Origin: Phycisphaerae bacterium
Lineage (GTDB): Bacteria; Planctomycetota; Phycisphaerae; Phycisphaerales; UBA1924
Direction of reading: 5' to 3'
Length of the DNA stretch: 64,000 bases
Assembly: GCA_030429705.1 (NCBI GenBank)
Contig: JAUIES010000002.1
Location: 1-64,000, forward strand
This document shows positions 16,800-27,182 of the stretch, piece after piece (the stretch's first letter is position 1; each line of letters begins with the position of its first letter). The notes beneath the pieces were generated by a model, which was given only the letters and a program-made list of their open reading frames with translations, did not search any database and was not told the origin of the DNA. Both the position numbers and the translations under genes were made by a program.

Positions 16800-17907
16800 A
16801 TGCAATTGGAAGCACACCAACGGGTCATCGATGAGCTTGAGGCGCGGATTTTAACCATCCGCGACTCTCTTTGACTACGACACCAAACGAGAGCGGATGT
16901 CCGAAATCGAAGGGCTGATGGGAGCCACCGATTTCTGGGACCACCAGGATACCGCCAAAGAGATCGTCAACGAACTCAAGATTGTCAAAGCACAGACTGA
17001 GCCGTTGAGCAAAGTGGTCGCCGATTTTGAAGATGCCAAACTGGCGTATGAGATGTCGCGCGAGGAAGGCGATGATGATCTTCTCCTCGAAGCCGATAGT
17101 GCGCTGGTCGGCCTGATTCAACGCATGGACAAGATCGAGGTTCAGTCGTTACTCGGCGGGAAACACGACCATCGAGATTGCTACTTCAGTATCTCGGCGG
17201 GTGACGGCGGTACCGAAGCCAATGACTGGGCAGAGATGTTGATGCGCATGTATTTGTTCTACTTCGAGAAGCATGGCTTCAAAGTCGAAGAACTCAGCAA
17301 GACCTATGGCACTGAAGTCGGGATCGACAATCTGACGCTTCATGTGAAAGGGCCGTTCGCGTTCGGCATGCTCGGGTGTGAACGGGGGACTCATCGCCTC
17401 GCTCGTGTGAGTCCGTTCAATGCGCAAGGCAAGCGACAGACGAGTTTCGCAACCGTTGATGTCGTGCCTGAGTTTGAAGAGTCGGCGGTCGAGATCCCTG
17501 AAAAAGACCTTGAGATCACAGCCTTTGCGCGCAGCAGCGGTCCTGGCGGGCAGAATGTAAACAAAGTCGCGTCAGCGATTCGATTGGTGCACAAGCCCAC
17601 CGGTTTCATGGTCGTCAGTTCGACATTCCGAGACCAAGGTCAGAACCGTCGGCAGGCGATGTCGTTGCTCCAGGCAAAGTTGGAACTCATGGCTGAAGAG
17701 GAACGCGAAGCAGAGATTGCCGAAGCGTCTGGCGGCAAACTCGAACATCGTGGGTGGGGCGCACAGATTCGCAGTTATGTTCTCTACGACAATCGGGTGA
17801 AAGACCACCGTACCGGTGTCGAAGCCAACCCAGCTGATGTCCTCGACAGGGGGCATCTTGATGAGTTCATTGATGCGGAACTGAAACGCAAACGGTCAAA
17901 ACGCTAA
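16800..17907 (+). CDS. prfB: peptide chain release factor 2 with programmed +1 frameshift
   Basis: Short frame-0 ORF MQLEAHQRVIDELEARILTIRDSL ends at the classic CTT TGA C site (16869-16875). The +1 frame continues DYDTKRE...; downstream ORF has the SPF motif (RVSPFNAQGKRQTSF) and GGQ motif (SSGPGGQNVNK). Confidence 0.9.
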
Positions 17908-17940
17908 ATCAGCTGATAGCGAGAACCGCGTGGAGAACGC

Positions 17941-20445
17941 ATGCAGGCTCGACTCATTCCAGTTTGGATCATTCTTGTGGTTGTCGCGGCTTGGCTCGCT
18001 CAACCTCGACAGACCACCATCGAACACGGCGATGCTCAGCATCGAGATGCTCGATTTGACACGAGCCCGGTGCTGTCACCGGCCGAGGCGATGTCGTCAT
18101 TCGATATTGAGCCAGGTTTTTCGATCGAACTCTTCGCATCGGAGCCGATGATCGAAGATCCGGTTGCGATGGCGTTTGATGAAGACGGTCGGCTCTGGGT
18201 CGTCGAGATGCAATCGTACATGCCCGACATCGCGGGCAATGACGAACTCGTGCCAACCAGTCGGATCATGGTCCTTGAAGACCTTGATCGTGATGGCCAT
18301 GCCGATGTTTCGACACCATTTCTTGAGGGGTTGGTGCTGCCCCGTGCGATACTCCCGTGTTACGGCGGCTTGTTGTACATCGAGCCACCAAACCTTGTGT
18401 TTGCGAAAGACACCGATGGTGACGGGCGAGCGGATACGCAAGAGACGATTCTGACCGGGTTCGATGGCCACGCCAATCCTGAACATGCGGGCAACGCCTT
18501 ACGGTACGGAATCGATAACTGGATTCACCTCTCGCAGTTCAACATCGACATTCGGTTCGATGGAACCAAAGCCGAGATACGGCGTGTGCCTCGCGTCGGA
18601 CAATGGGGGCTGACCCTCGACGAAGAAGGTCGTTTGTACTACACGCCCAACTCGGACACACTGCGCGGCGACTATGTGCCAAATCACTACGCATCGCGCA
18701 ATCCCAATCAAGGCGGTATCCGCGGGTTGTATGATCGGGTTGGGCGCGATCGGCAGACATGGGCTTCACGCCCAAACACAGGCGTGAATCGTGGGTATCG
18801 CCCGGGCACACTTCGGGAAGACGGCTACCTTGCAAATGTCACCGCGGCGTGCGGGCCGGCGCTCTACACCGGTTCAGCCTGGCCGAGCGAGTTCTATCAG
18901 AATGCGTTTGTCTGCGAAGCCACCGGCAATCTGGTCAAACGCATGGTGCGATCCGAAGAGAACGGCTTGCCCTACTGGAAAAATGCCTACACCGGCGACG
19001 AGTTCCTCACTTCAACGGACGAACGGTTTCGACCGGTCGATGCAATGGTGGCACCGGACGGTTCATTGTTTATCTGCGATATGTACCGAGGCATCATCCA
19101 GCACAAAACCTATTTGACCGAATACCTCGCGGGTGAAATCCGCAGCCGAAACCTGGAGCAACCAATCGGGCTCGGGCGCATCTATCGAATCACGCACGAC
19201 GAAACCGATCACACGCCATCATTTGCCGCCATGTCCAAAATGAGCGACAGCGAACTTGTACAAGCGCTCGCTGCCGCAGACCAGTTCACTCGGCTTGCGG
19301 CACAAAGACTGCTGGTTGAACGACAAGCAACCGGCGCCGCGGACGAGATCCGGCTGCTCCTTCAAATGAGTGATCGCCCTCTAGCGCGCGTGCATGCACT
19401 GTGGACGCTCGACGGTCTTCAGGAGGCATCGACCGACGATGTTTTGGTCGCACTGGCCGATCAAGATGCACGCGTGCAGTCGGCTGCTTGTCGCGTGGCC
19501 GAGTCGCATGACCCGCACGCGGTGCTCGAGTCTCTGATCGCGGCTGCCAATGTGACCGAGCGGCTTGTCCGATTCCAGGCGACACTGTCTTTGGGAGCCC
19601 TGCAGACCGAAGCCGCCCGCGAGGCCCTGACCGTAATCGCTCAGACCAACGCCTCGGACTCGTTTATTCGGTCAGCGGTTATCAGCGGATTACAAGATCA
19701 CGAGGTTGAAGTGCTCCGGGCGCTGTTGGCAGACGGTGCCTGGCCGAAGAACGCAGCGGATCGGGCGATGTTTGCTGAGTTGGTCGATGCATCACTTCGA
19801 TCGAAGCATAGTTCGCAACTGCTTGCGGTGGCGGTGCAGCAGACCTCGACCAATCCTGCCCGAGCGGAGATCATTTTCGCCCGCCTTGGTGCGATGCAGC
19901 GTCTGGGTTCAAGCAACCCGAGGCGTTTGACGATTGCGGCAGAACCAGCGGGATGGGCCATGTTTCTTGCTTCGGGTAGCGGTCGTCTCGCCGATGCCGC
20001 TCGACAGAGCGATGCTCACCTCGTTTGGCCCGGTCGCCCAGCGCCAGAGGCAATCGCACTCACCACCGACGAGCGTGTTCAAATCGCTCGCGGGAAGAGC
20101 CTCTTCGTGTATTGCCAGGGTTGTCACGGGGCCGATGGCATGGGTTCAGGCTCACAGTACCCACCCCTCGTCGGATCGCCCCGCGTCCTCGGACCCCCGG
20201 AAGATCTCGCTCGGGTGCTGATCCACGGGTTCGAAGGGCCTCTCGTTCGTGACGGCGTACGGTACAACGAAGCCATGCCCCCCTCCCCATTCGGAGACGA
20301 TCGTGATCTGGCGGCGATCATGACCTATGTGCGAAACGCATGGGGCAATGAAGCAGGCTCGGTATCGCCCGAGACGGTGGCAAAAGTCAGACGCGACCAC
20401 GCCAGTCAGCGCAGGCCTTGGCGAGCAGAAGACTTCGATGAATAG
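17941..20445 (+). CDS. PVC-type secreted dehydrogenase-domain / HEAT-repeat / c-type cytochrome protein
   Basis: 834 aa. Signal peptide. N-terminal sugar-dehydrogenase-like beta-propeller region. HEAT-like repeats. C-terminal CxxCH heme site (YCQGCHG). Confidence 0.8.
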   Translation: MQARLIPVWIILVVVAAWLAQPRQTTIEHGDAQHRDARFDTSPVLSPAEAMSSFDIEPGFSIELFASEPMIEDPVAMAFDEDGRLWVVEMQSYMPDIAGNDELVPTSRIMVLEDLDRDGHADVSTPFLEGLVLPRAILPCYGGLLYIEPPNLVFAKDTDGDGRADTQETILTGFDGHANPEHAGNALRYGIDNWIHLSQFNIDIRFDGTKAEIRRVPRVGQWGLTLDEEGRLYYTPNSDTLRGDYVPNHYASRNPNQGGIRGLYDRVGRDRQTWASRPNTGVNRGYRPGTLREDGYLANVTAACGPALYTGSAWPSEFYQNAFVCEATGNLVKRMVRSEENGLPYWKNAYTGDEFLTSTDERFRPVDAMVAPDGSLFICDMYRGIIQHKTYLTEYLAGEIRSRNLEQPIGLGRIYRITHDETDHTPSFAAMSKMSDSELVQALAAADQFTRLAAQRLLVERQATGAADEIRLLLQMSDRPLARVHALWTLDGLQEASTDDVLVALADQDARVQSAACRVAESHDPHAVLESLIAAANVTERLVRFQATLSLGALQTEAAREALTVIAQTNASDSFIRSAVISGLQDHEVEVLRALLADGAWPKNAADRAMFAELVDASLRSKHSSQLLAVAVQQTSTNPARAEIIFARLGAMQRLGSSNPRRLTIAAEPAGWAMFLASGSGRLADAARQSDAHLVWPGRPAPEAIALTTDERVQIARGKSLFVYCQGCHGADGMGSGSQYPPLVGSPRVLGPPEDLARVLIHGFEGPLVRDGVRYNEAMPPSPFGDDRDLAAIMTYVRNAWGNEAGSVSPETVAKVRRDHASQRRPWRAEDFDE

Positions 20446-20485
20446 TGATCTATCAGGCTATTCGATGTAGCAGAAGGGACCAAGT

Positions 20486-21742
20486 ATGTTGCAGGCAATC
20501 TGGATGACGACGGCTGGGGTACTGACCGCAACGGCCGGGCCGCCGCCCGTCACACTTTTTGATGGCACATCTTCGGCAGCCTGGCAGCACTTGAATGGAA
20601 CCAACTCGACCTGGGCCATCGACGAAAGATCGATGATTATCAAGCCTGGTTCCGGATCGCTCATGACGAAAGAGTTATTCGGCAGCGCTCGCATTCACAT
20701 CGAGTTTCTGATCCCTGATTTACCGCTAGAACAACGCGGTCAAAGCCGGGGCAACAGTGGTGTCTATATTCAGAACGCCTACGAAGTGCAGATTCTGGAT
20801 TCGTCCGGAGTCGCACCGGCAGCAAACCTTTGCGGTGCAATCTACGGCGAACAAGCGCCGGTGGTCAATGCTGCGATCGAGGCGGGCGCGTGGCAGGTGT
20901 ACGACATCGACTTCGCTGCCCCTGTGTTCGATGCCGATGGTACCAAAATCAAGAATGCAATCATTTCTGTGATTCATAACGGCGTGTTGATCCACGACGC
21001 GGTTGTGTTGAAAGGGCCAACGGGCGCAGCGAAGTCGCGACCAGAAAAGGCAATGGGTCCAATCGTTCTGCAAGACCACGGCAGCGCTGTGCAGTTCAGA
21101 AACATCTGGGTCATGCCGCAGCATGAGAACGCTGGACCGATTAAGAAACAGATGAAACCCATCTTCGACGGGACCACCTTTGACGGATGGGAACAGCGGG
21201 GGGGTAAAGCGGTCTACGAAGTCAGAGATGGGACGATTGTCGGTGAGACAAGGCCGGGCCAGCCCAACAGTTTCATGTGCTCAACAACACGATTCAGCGA
21301 CTTTGAGTTGGACCTTGCGTTCAAAGTCGATAACGAACTGAACTCCGGCGTTCAAATTCGTTCTGATGTTCGTGAAAGCGGGCGCGGCGGAACGGTGTTT
21401 GGTTATCAGGTCGAAATCGATCCGAGCGACCGATCATGGACAGGTGGTCTGTACGAAGAATCAGGGCGCGGCTGGCTGAATCCACTCGGTGACAACGAGC
21501 AGGCCCGCAACGCATTCCGGCCGAACGAATGGAACCACATGCATGTCGTGGCAAAAGGGCACCATATTCGAACCTGGATCAACGGCGTTCCGGCAGCGAA
21601 TATCGTCGACGACGACGGGGCTCTCGAAGGGTTTATCGGTTTGCAGGTCCACGGCGTCGGCGGACGGCAAGACCCACTCCAGGTCCGCTGGAAAGACATC
21701 ACGCTCCGTTCAATTGCACCCGCATCGACGATCCAGGACTAG
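20486..21742 (+). CDS. tandem DUF1080 (3-keto-disaccharide hydrolase-like) domain protein
   Basis: 418 aa. Two ~200-aa repeats, each ending in a W(V/K)D/NI...R-type tail (VQFRNIWVM; VRWKDITLR). Confidence 0.75.
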   Translation: MLQAIWMTTAGVLTATAGPPPVTLFDGTSSAAWQHLNGTNSTWAIDERSMIIKPGSGSLMTKELFGSARIHIEFLIPDLPLEQRGQSRGNSGVYIQNAYEVQILDSSGVAPAANLCGAIYGEQAPVVNAAIEAGAWQVYDIDFAAPVFDADGTKIKNAIISVIHNGVLIHDAVVLKGPTGAAKSRPEKAMGPIVLQDHGSAVQFRNIWVMPQHENAGPIKKQMKPIFDGTTFDGWEQRGGKAVYEVRDGTIVGETRPGQPNSFMCSTTRFSDFELDLAFKVDNELNSGVQIRSDVRESGRGGTVFGYQVEIDPSDRSWTGGLYEESGRGWLNPLGDNEQARNAFRPNEWNHMHVVAKGHHIRTWINGVPAANIVDDDGALEGFIGLQVHGVGGRQDPLQVRWKDITLRSIAPASTIQD

Positions 21743-21796
21743 CAGCGACCGCTCGATGAGGATGTCAGGTCAGTATGTGCACCAGCAAAACCAGCA

Positions 21797-24700
21797 CTAC
21801 GGCTGAGCGATGGAAACGCTGTTCTGATCTGACGAGAGTGTCTGCGAACTGATCGATCCATCCGGCCAGCGAACGGTGACGGTCCCTCCGGATCGCACAT
21901 CGGGTATCCCGAAGCGAACAGCAGCAGATGATTGCGACAAATACCCGGAGCCGGCCGTGACTTCGCGGGTCTGGCGGATGCCATCGGTTGTTTCCAGGGT
22001 GACCAACGCACCGGCCGCCGCGGCGTTGCCGGATTTGCCGCGCAGGTCCACCGTCAGGTACCTCGTGTCCGTCCGTGCATTGAGATATCCAAGCACCGGT
22101 CCGTCATTGACAGTTGCGAGGACATCTGGTCGACCGTCATCATTCAGATCACACACCGTGAGCGCCTTGGCATCGAACGGCAACATCAGCCCGCTTGTAC
22201 CGGGCATGATCGGTGAGAACGAGCCGTCTCCATTGCCACGGGCCATCATGCTGACCCCACCGTCCATGCGTCCGGTCTCGATTTGAGGCGTGTAGAAGTT
22301 TTGTGCAATGTAGACATCCACATGCCCGTCGGCATCAAAGTCTTCGAGGACGACACCAAACCCGGGTGCTGCTTGCATGATATGTGGGAGCGCTTGAATC
22401 TCGAATCGCCCTTTCCCATCATTGATCAGCACAACACACTCAAGCAACCGAGCCTCGAGTTGCTGCGACGAAGCCAGACGATCATCGTCATAGATCTCAT
22501 CAAGTTCCGCCAAGCCGAACTGATCGAAAGTGGGGAACTTGTCTGCAATGAATGGCATGGCGTTTGAACTACAACTGCGCCCACGCACGGGGAACAGCGT
22601 GCCATCTTCAAACTCGGCCTCGACCAGATCAAGACTGCCGTTTTCATCGAGGTCGCCCGCATAGAGTCGCGCCGGTTCATGATGACTGGCGTGGTATTTC
22701 GTATTGTGCCCGAAGTTTGTGACGATGAAGTCGATGTCGCCATCCTGATCAATATCACCAGAGGCGATCCCGTTCCACCATCCAGTTTCGCCTTCGAGCC
22801 CAGCCGCTTCGGTTTGGTCAATGATTCCATCGGCTGTATTCTTGAACACGCGAACCGGACCCCATTCATAAGTCACCACGAGATCGATCAGCCCGTCAAG
22901 ATCTGTGTCAGACCAGACAGCACCGGTTGCCATGCCAGCATTCGTCAGATCCGCAGCGATCTCATCAGTGACATCTGTAAACCGGCCGTCATCATTTCGA
23001 AGCAACTGACTGCGGGGTATCGTGGGCCATGCGCCAGGCACCTGTCGACCACCGACAAAGAGATCGAGATCGCCGTCCTGGTCAAAGTCAGCCGCGGCTA
23101 CAGGTCCGCCGCTGTCCGCATTGCTTGGCAGAGCGTTCGGATCATGAGTGAATGAGCCGGAACCGCTATTGATGTACAAACGGTCAAGCAAGACAGGATC
23201 GCCCGGCTCGCACTCGTTGCTGCCGCTGACGACATAGAGATCGAGGTCGTCATCACCATCTGCATCGAACCAGATGATGCCCATATCTTCACTCTGCGTG
23301 TGAGCCACCCATGGGCCATCTGCTACAGGCGTAAACCGTCCGCCTTCATTGAGCAGAAGTTCGCCAGCCTGTCCAGCTGCCCCCCCGACAAACAAGTCTT
23401 CATCACCATCGCCGTCGGCATCGCCCCACGCGAGTCCTGGTCCGAGTTGCGACAACTGGTTTGGAAGCAGTGATTGTCTGACAAAGTCGTCGAACGGGGT
23501 TTCCTGGTGTCGAAATGGCACATTTGAAACCGGCCGGAACGGCACAAACCACGATTCTTCAACCGGTTTTTCGGCCAATTCCACTTGAGGTGTTGCCGTT
23601 TCGGTAATCCTGTGCAGGTGATTCGCAGCGAGGTCGGTGAGGGTCTGGACAGTTCCGCTCGGCCATTCGATGGTGAGTTGATCGATGACATCGGCTTCAC
23701 CGAGCCCGAAATGAACCAGAGACTCACCGCCGGACATATAGCCGCGTGCGAGTGTGATCTGGCGGCGCATCTTTTTGTCGCCGATGCGGGCGGTGATCTT
23801 TGCCCCGACACCCTGTCGATTGCTTTCAACGCCCACGAGTTCCAGGACCGCAGCGTTCTTGCCGCTCTCGATGGCTTTGTTGCGATAGACACTCGCCAGT
23901 TCATTCATGTTGTTAACCACGGCGTCGAGATCGCCGTCGCGGTCGAGGTCGGCCAGGACCATGCCCTGACTGACGCCGAAGTGATTGAATCCCCATTGAT
24001 CAGAGACATTGTCGAAATGCAGATCACCCTTGTTCTTGAACGCCAGGTTGTTTTCTTCGAGCGCCGGGATCTGCTCGATGAGTGATTCGGCTTCCGCAAT
24101 GTTGCCTTCTGCAAGCAATGCTTCAAAACGGGCAGCCCAGTCCGAGTGATTCATGTTGCGCGCGACACCATTTGTGCAGAGCATGTCCTCCAGGCCGTCA
24201 AGGTCCATATCCGCGAACAGCACAGACCAGGTCCAGTCGGTGCTTGCGAGGCCTGCAAGGTATGCAACCTCCATGTACCGGTTAAACCCGGTGCTCAGAT
24301 AGAGCGCATTGCGCATGTATTGGGGGGGATCTGCCGATTTGAGGAACCAGGCGGCCGCACCCATGTTGCCCATCATCACCTTTTGCTTGTAATGGGTTGT
24401 GTTTGCCATATCAGCAACGAGGAGGTCGAACACCCCGTCGTTGTTGAGATCGGCAAAGTCAGCCCCCATCGCGTACCAGGGCGTGTGTGGAACGGTTCGT
24501 TTGAGCACATCAGTGAATCCGCCTTCCCCGTCATTCTGGTACAGCCGGTCCGGGCTCATCATGTCGTTGGCGATGTACAGATCGAGGTGGCCGTCGTCAT
24601 TGAAGTCCCACCAAGTCGCAGAAAGACCCATGTCATAGCCATCGATGCCGGCTTCATCGGTCACATCTTCAAAGTGACCATCGCCCATGTTTCGATAGAG

Positions 24701-25501
24701 CGTGTCGCGTTGGCCGGCCTCACAGAGGTGCCCATCCAGGAAGAAATACTGATCGCGATAGTCAGGATGAACCGTCTTGACCCCGTTGATCATGCGAATC
24801 TGAATATTGGGTGACTCTTCTGCGGTCGCGTAGATCCGGTTGTTCAGGACATACAGATCAAGGTCGCCGTCGTTGTCGTAGTCAGCGAACGATGCCATGG
24901 AAGTGGCGCCCGCGTGAGCAACACCACGCAGAGCAGCTTGTTCTATAAATGTACCATCCCCTTGATTGATGTACAGCAGGTTTGCAGCGTTGGTATTGCA
25001 CACATAGAGATCCAGATCACCGTCGTTGTCGATATCTGCGAAACTTGCTCCGGTTCCCCAGGCTTCTTCGTTTGCGATGCCCGCTGCCGCGGTGACATTT
25101 TCAAACTTCCATGGTTCAACTTGGCTGAACAGAGCGTTCTCGCCGTCCTGGCTCACGAGAAAAATGTCAGGCAGGCCGTTGCTGTCAAAATCGCCCACCG
25201 AGAGCCCAGCACCATTCGTCAGGTACTTCCGGATGTTTCGCGAGCGAAGCGTGTTCTGGAAGTCAACTCCAGTCACATCCACAGGCAGCGATTCGAGTAG
25301 TTGACGCTCTGGTGTGCCCGGCTGAGACCGTAATGGCGTCGAACTGACCTGGGCGTATGCGCTGTCCAACAAACTGGCGGTCGCAACGGCGACAATCAAA
25401 AAACAACTGATGTTTGCATTGGTCACGATCCGAATCCTCCTGGAGCGCTTACTTTTCACGCATTCGATGGCTTCACAGAGAGTACATCTTCCGCTCATCA
25501 T
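21797..25501 (-). CDS. CRTAC1-family / FG-GAP (VCBS) repeat protein with ASPIC-UnbV C-terminal domain
   Basis: About 1230 aa. Signal peptide. Many FG-GAP-like DxDxDGxxD repeats. C-terminal UnbV/ASPIC-like domain (...TVTVRWPDGS). Confidence 0.8.
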   Translation of the reverse strand: MMSGRCTLCEAIECVKSKRSRRIRIVTNANISCFLIVAVATASLLDSAYAQVSSTPLRSQPGTPERQLLESLPVDVTGVDFQNTLRSRNIRKYLTNGAGLSVGDFDSNGLPDIFLVSQDGENALFSQVEPWKFENVTAAAGIANEEAWGTGASFADIDNDGDLDLYVCNTNAANLLYINQGDGTFIEQAALRGVAHAGATSMASFADYDNDGDLDLYVLNNRIYATAEESPNIQIRMINGVKTVHPDYRDQYFFLDGHLCEAGQRDTLYRNMGDGHFEDVTDEAGIDGYDMGLSATWWDFNDDGHLDLYIANDMMSPDRLYQNDGEGGFTDVLKRTVPHTPWYAMGADFADLNNDGVFDLLVADMANTTHYKQKVMMGNMGAAAWFLKSADPPQYMRNALYLSTGFNRYMEVAYLAGLASTDWTWSVLFADMDLDGLEDMLCTNGVARNMNHSDWAARFEALLAEGNIAEAESLIEQIPALEENNLAFKNKGDLHFDNVSDQWGFNHFGVSQGMVLADLDRDGDLDAVVNNMNELASVYRNKAIESGKNAAVLELVGVESNRQGVGAKITARIGDKKMRRQITLARGYMSGGESLVHFGLGEADVIDQLTIEWPSGTVQTLTDLAANHLHRITETATPQVELAEKPVEESWFVPFRPVSNVPFRHQETPFDDFVRQSLLPNQLSQLGPGLAWGDADGDGDEDLFVGGAAGQAGELLLNEGGRFTPVADGPWVAHTQSEDMGIIWFDADGDDDLDLYVVSGSNECEPGDPVLLDRLYINSGSGSFTHDPNALPSNADSGGPVAAADFDQDGDLDLFVGGRQVPGAWPTIPRSQLLRNDDGRFTDVTDEIAADLTNAGMATGAVWSDTDLDGLIDLVVTYEWGPVRVFKNTADGIIDQTEAAGLEGETGWWNGIASGDIDQDGDIDFIVTNFGHNTKYHASHHEPARLYAGDLDENGSLDLVEAEFEDGTLFPVRGRSCSSNAMPFIADKFPTFDQFGLAELDEIYDDDRLASSQQLEARLLECVVLINDGKGRFEIQALPHIMQAAPGFGVVLEDFDADGHVDVYIAQNFYTPQIETGRMDGGVSMMARGNGDGSFSPIMPGTSGLMLPFDAKALTVCDLNDDGRPDVLATVNDGPVLGYLNARTDTRYLTVDLRGKSGNAAAAGALVTLETTDGIRQTREVTAGSGYLSQSSAAVRFGIPDVRSGGTVTVRWPDGSISSQTLSSDQNSVSIAQP

Positions 25502-25625
25502 GGTATCGAGCTTGAGCCCAGATTGGAAGAGGCAAAACAAGAACAGGCCGCCCCATTTGGAGCGGCCTGTTGAGTGTTCTCATGCTCTTCACAAGTGAAG
25601 AGAGTGTGGAACTGTCATCTTCGCA

Positions 25626-26264
25626 TTAGCGACGACGACGGGTGGCTGCGATTGAGCCGAAGGCCAGCAAAGCGGCTGATGCCGGTGCAGGAATGATGTT
25701 GTCAATCTGCAGCTGGAAGTGGTTGAGGGTGGCAAAGTCGCCGGCGGCGTTGTCTGAGACTGTGAGGGTCCATGTGCCCTGCTTGTCCATGCCGTCGAAA
25801 GCGCTCAAGGCGTCGATGCCGTTGGCACCGTAGGCGAGCCAGCTACCGGTGACATCGGCGATGCCGGGGTCAGCGATGCTGCCATAGCCAGCGGTTGAGT
25901 CATAAGCAGCTTCGGCTTCGTCATCGAGGTAAAACAGGCCAGCCGAAGTACCAAAGTTGTTGGCTGAGAAGCCGAATCCGCCGCCAGCACCGTCACCGGC
26001 GCGGTGCAACAGGTTGACGGTCACGCCGCCGTGTGACAGCGTGGCGATGATGTCGCCCTGCCAGGTGGTGGCGAGAAGCAGGCCGACATTGACATCATCA
26101 ACGATGCCTGAGTCGCCAACTTCGATGCTGACCGAAATACCGGTCGGGTCATTGTCTGCGAGGGCTTCTGAGCCTTCCCAGTCGTAAGTCTTGACATCTG
26201 CGGTTGCGAGTGAAGCAGCAGCAGCGAGGCCAACCAATGAGTACACGAAATTCTTCATCTTCAT
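25626..26264 (-). CDS. proprotein-convertase P-domain protein with PEP-CTERM-like anchor (IPAP variant)
   Basis: SD AGGAGA plus ATG. Signal peptide MKMKNFVYSLVGLAAAASLA. P-domain-like core. C-terminus IIPAPASAALLAFGSIAATRRRR. Confidence 0.75.
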   Translation of the reverse strand: MKMKNFVYSLVGLAAAASLATADVKTYDWEGSEALADNDPTGISVSIEVGDSGIVDDVNVGLLLATTWQGDIIATLSHGGVTVNLLHRAGDGAGGGFGFSANNFGTSAGLFYLDDEAEAAYDSTAGYGSIADPGIADVTGSWLAYGANGIDALSAFDGMDKQGTWTLTVSDNAAGDFATLNHFQLQIDNIIPAPASAALLAFGSIAATRRRR

Positions 26265-27182
26265 TCTCCTTTGCACATCTCTCGAATCAATAAGGAAGAG
26301 ATGTTGCCATCTCCCCAAGCCATATCCTGATGGACTATCAAGAAAGTACAACGCGGTTCCACAATGCCCAACGGATATGGCGAATTTGTATCAATCTCCT
26401 ACAATTACCGGGACACAGGAGCAGCGTTATCAGGTCTTCGTGTCCACTCGCTTCTTCAGTTTGCCGCCAATCGGTCGACCGATATGGTGGCCTGTAAGTT
26501 CTGTAAGCCCTTATGTATAAACGGTATGCTGGATGTGTCAGATTTCTGAAGAACACTGAAGAGACCAAGCGTCGAGGCAGCCGCCCGACGTCCTACTCGA
26601 TCGATGATGTCAAAACTGAGATCTCGATTCAATTGAACCAATGACTCGCATTATCGGACACAAGTCATAAAACCACCAAGCGGCCATTCCAGAACTTCTG
26701 AAGAAACTGAAATGGCATGACACACACCTCGAACTCGATTCAGTGTTCGGTTAAAGTATGTGGCGCCTGGCCCAGGTTGGCCAAATTGTAGTGACGGTGA
26801 GACTGCAGGGATTGACTCAATCAACGCTAGATCGGCACATCAGCGCGATGCGAAGCACTATGGCAGCATGATCGAGGAACGAAGCAACGCCGATCAAATG
26901 CGACGACGAACTCCAGTTGTCGTTGGCTTGTAGTCAGCGCGTGAGAATGGCTCAGATCTGGTCCCGCCATTGATCGAGCAATCGAATGCATCAACCGAAG
27001 TCGGACCCGACTGAGACCATTGTTCATTGCTTCGGTGAATCTCTGTTTGTCATGGGCCCGTCGCGTTCACACGGGAACACTTCGCAGTGGCAGCCGCGCA
27101 TTCAGTTTTTGAGCGTCTTGCATAAGATTCCGGTGTTTGGGAAGACTGCTGCTTGGTACATCACACCATTGGGGGCATCGAC

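Noticed and set aside
16897-17907. The release factor near the rtc locus being PrfH, the RtcB-associated release-factor homolog
   Set aside because: It has full RF2 length with the canonical prfB frameshift site, is on the opposite side of unrelated genes, and is not adjacent to rtcB. It is housekeeping prfB.
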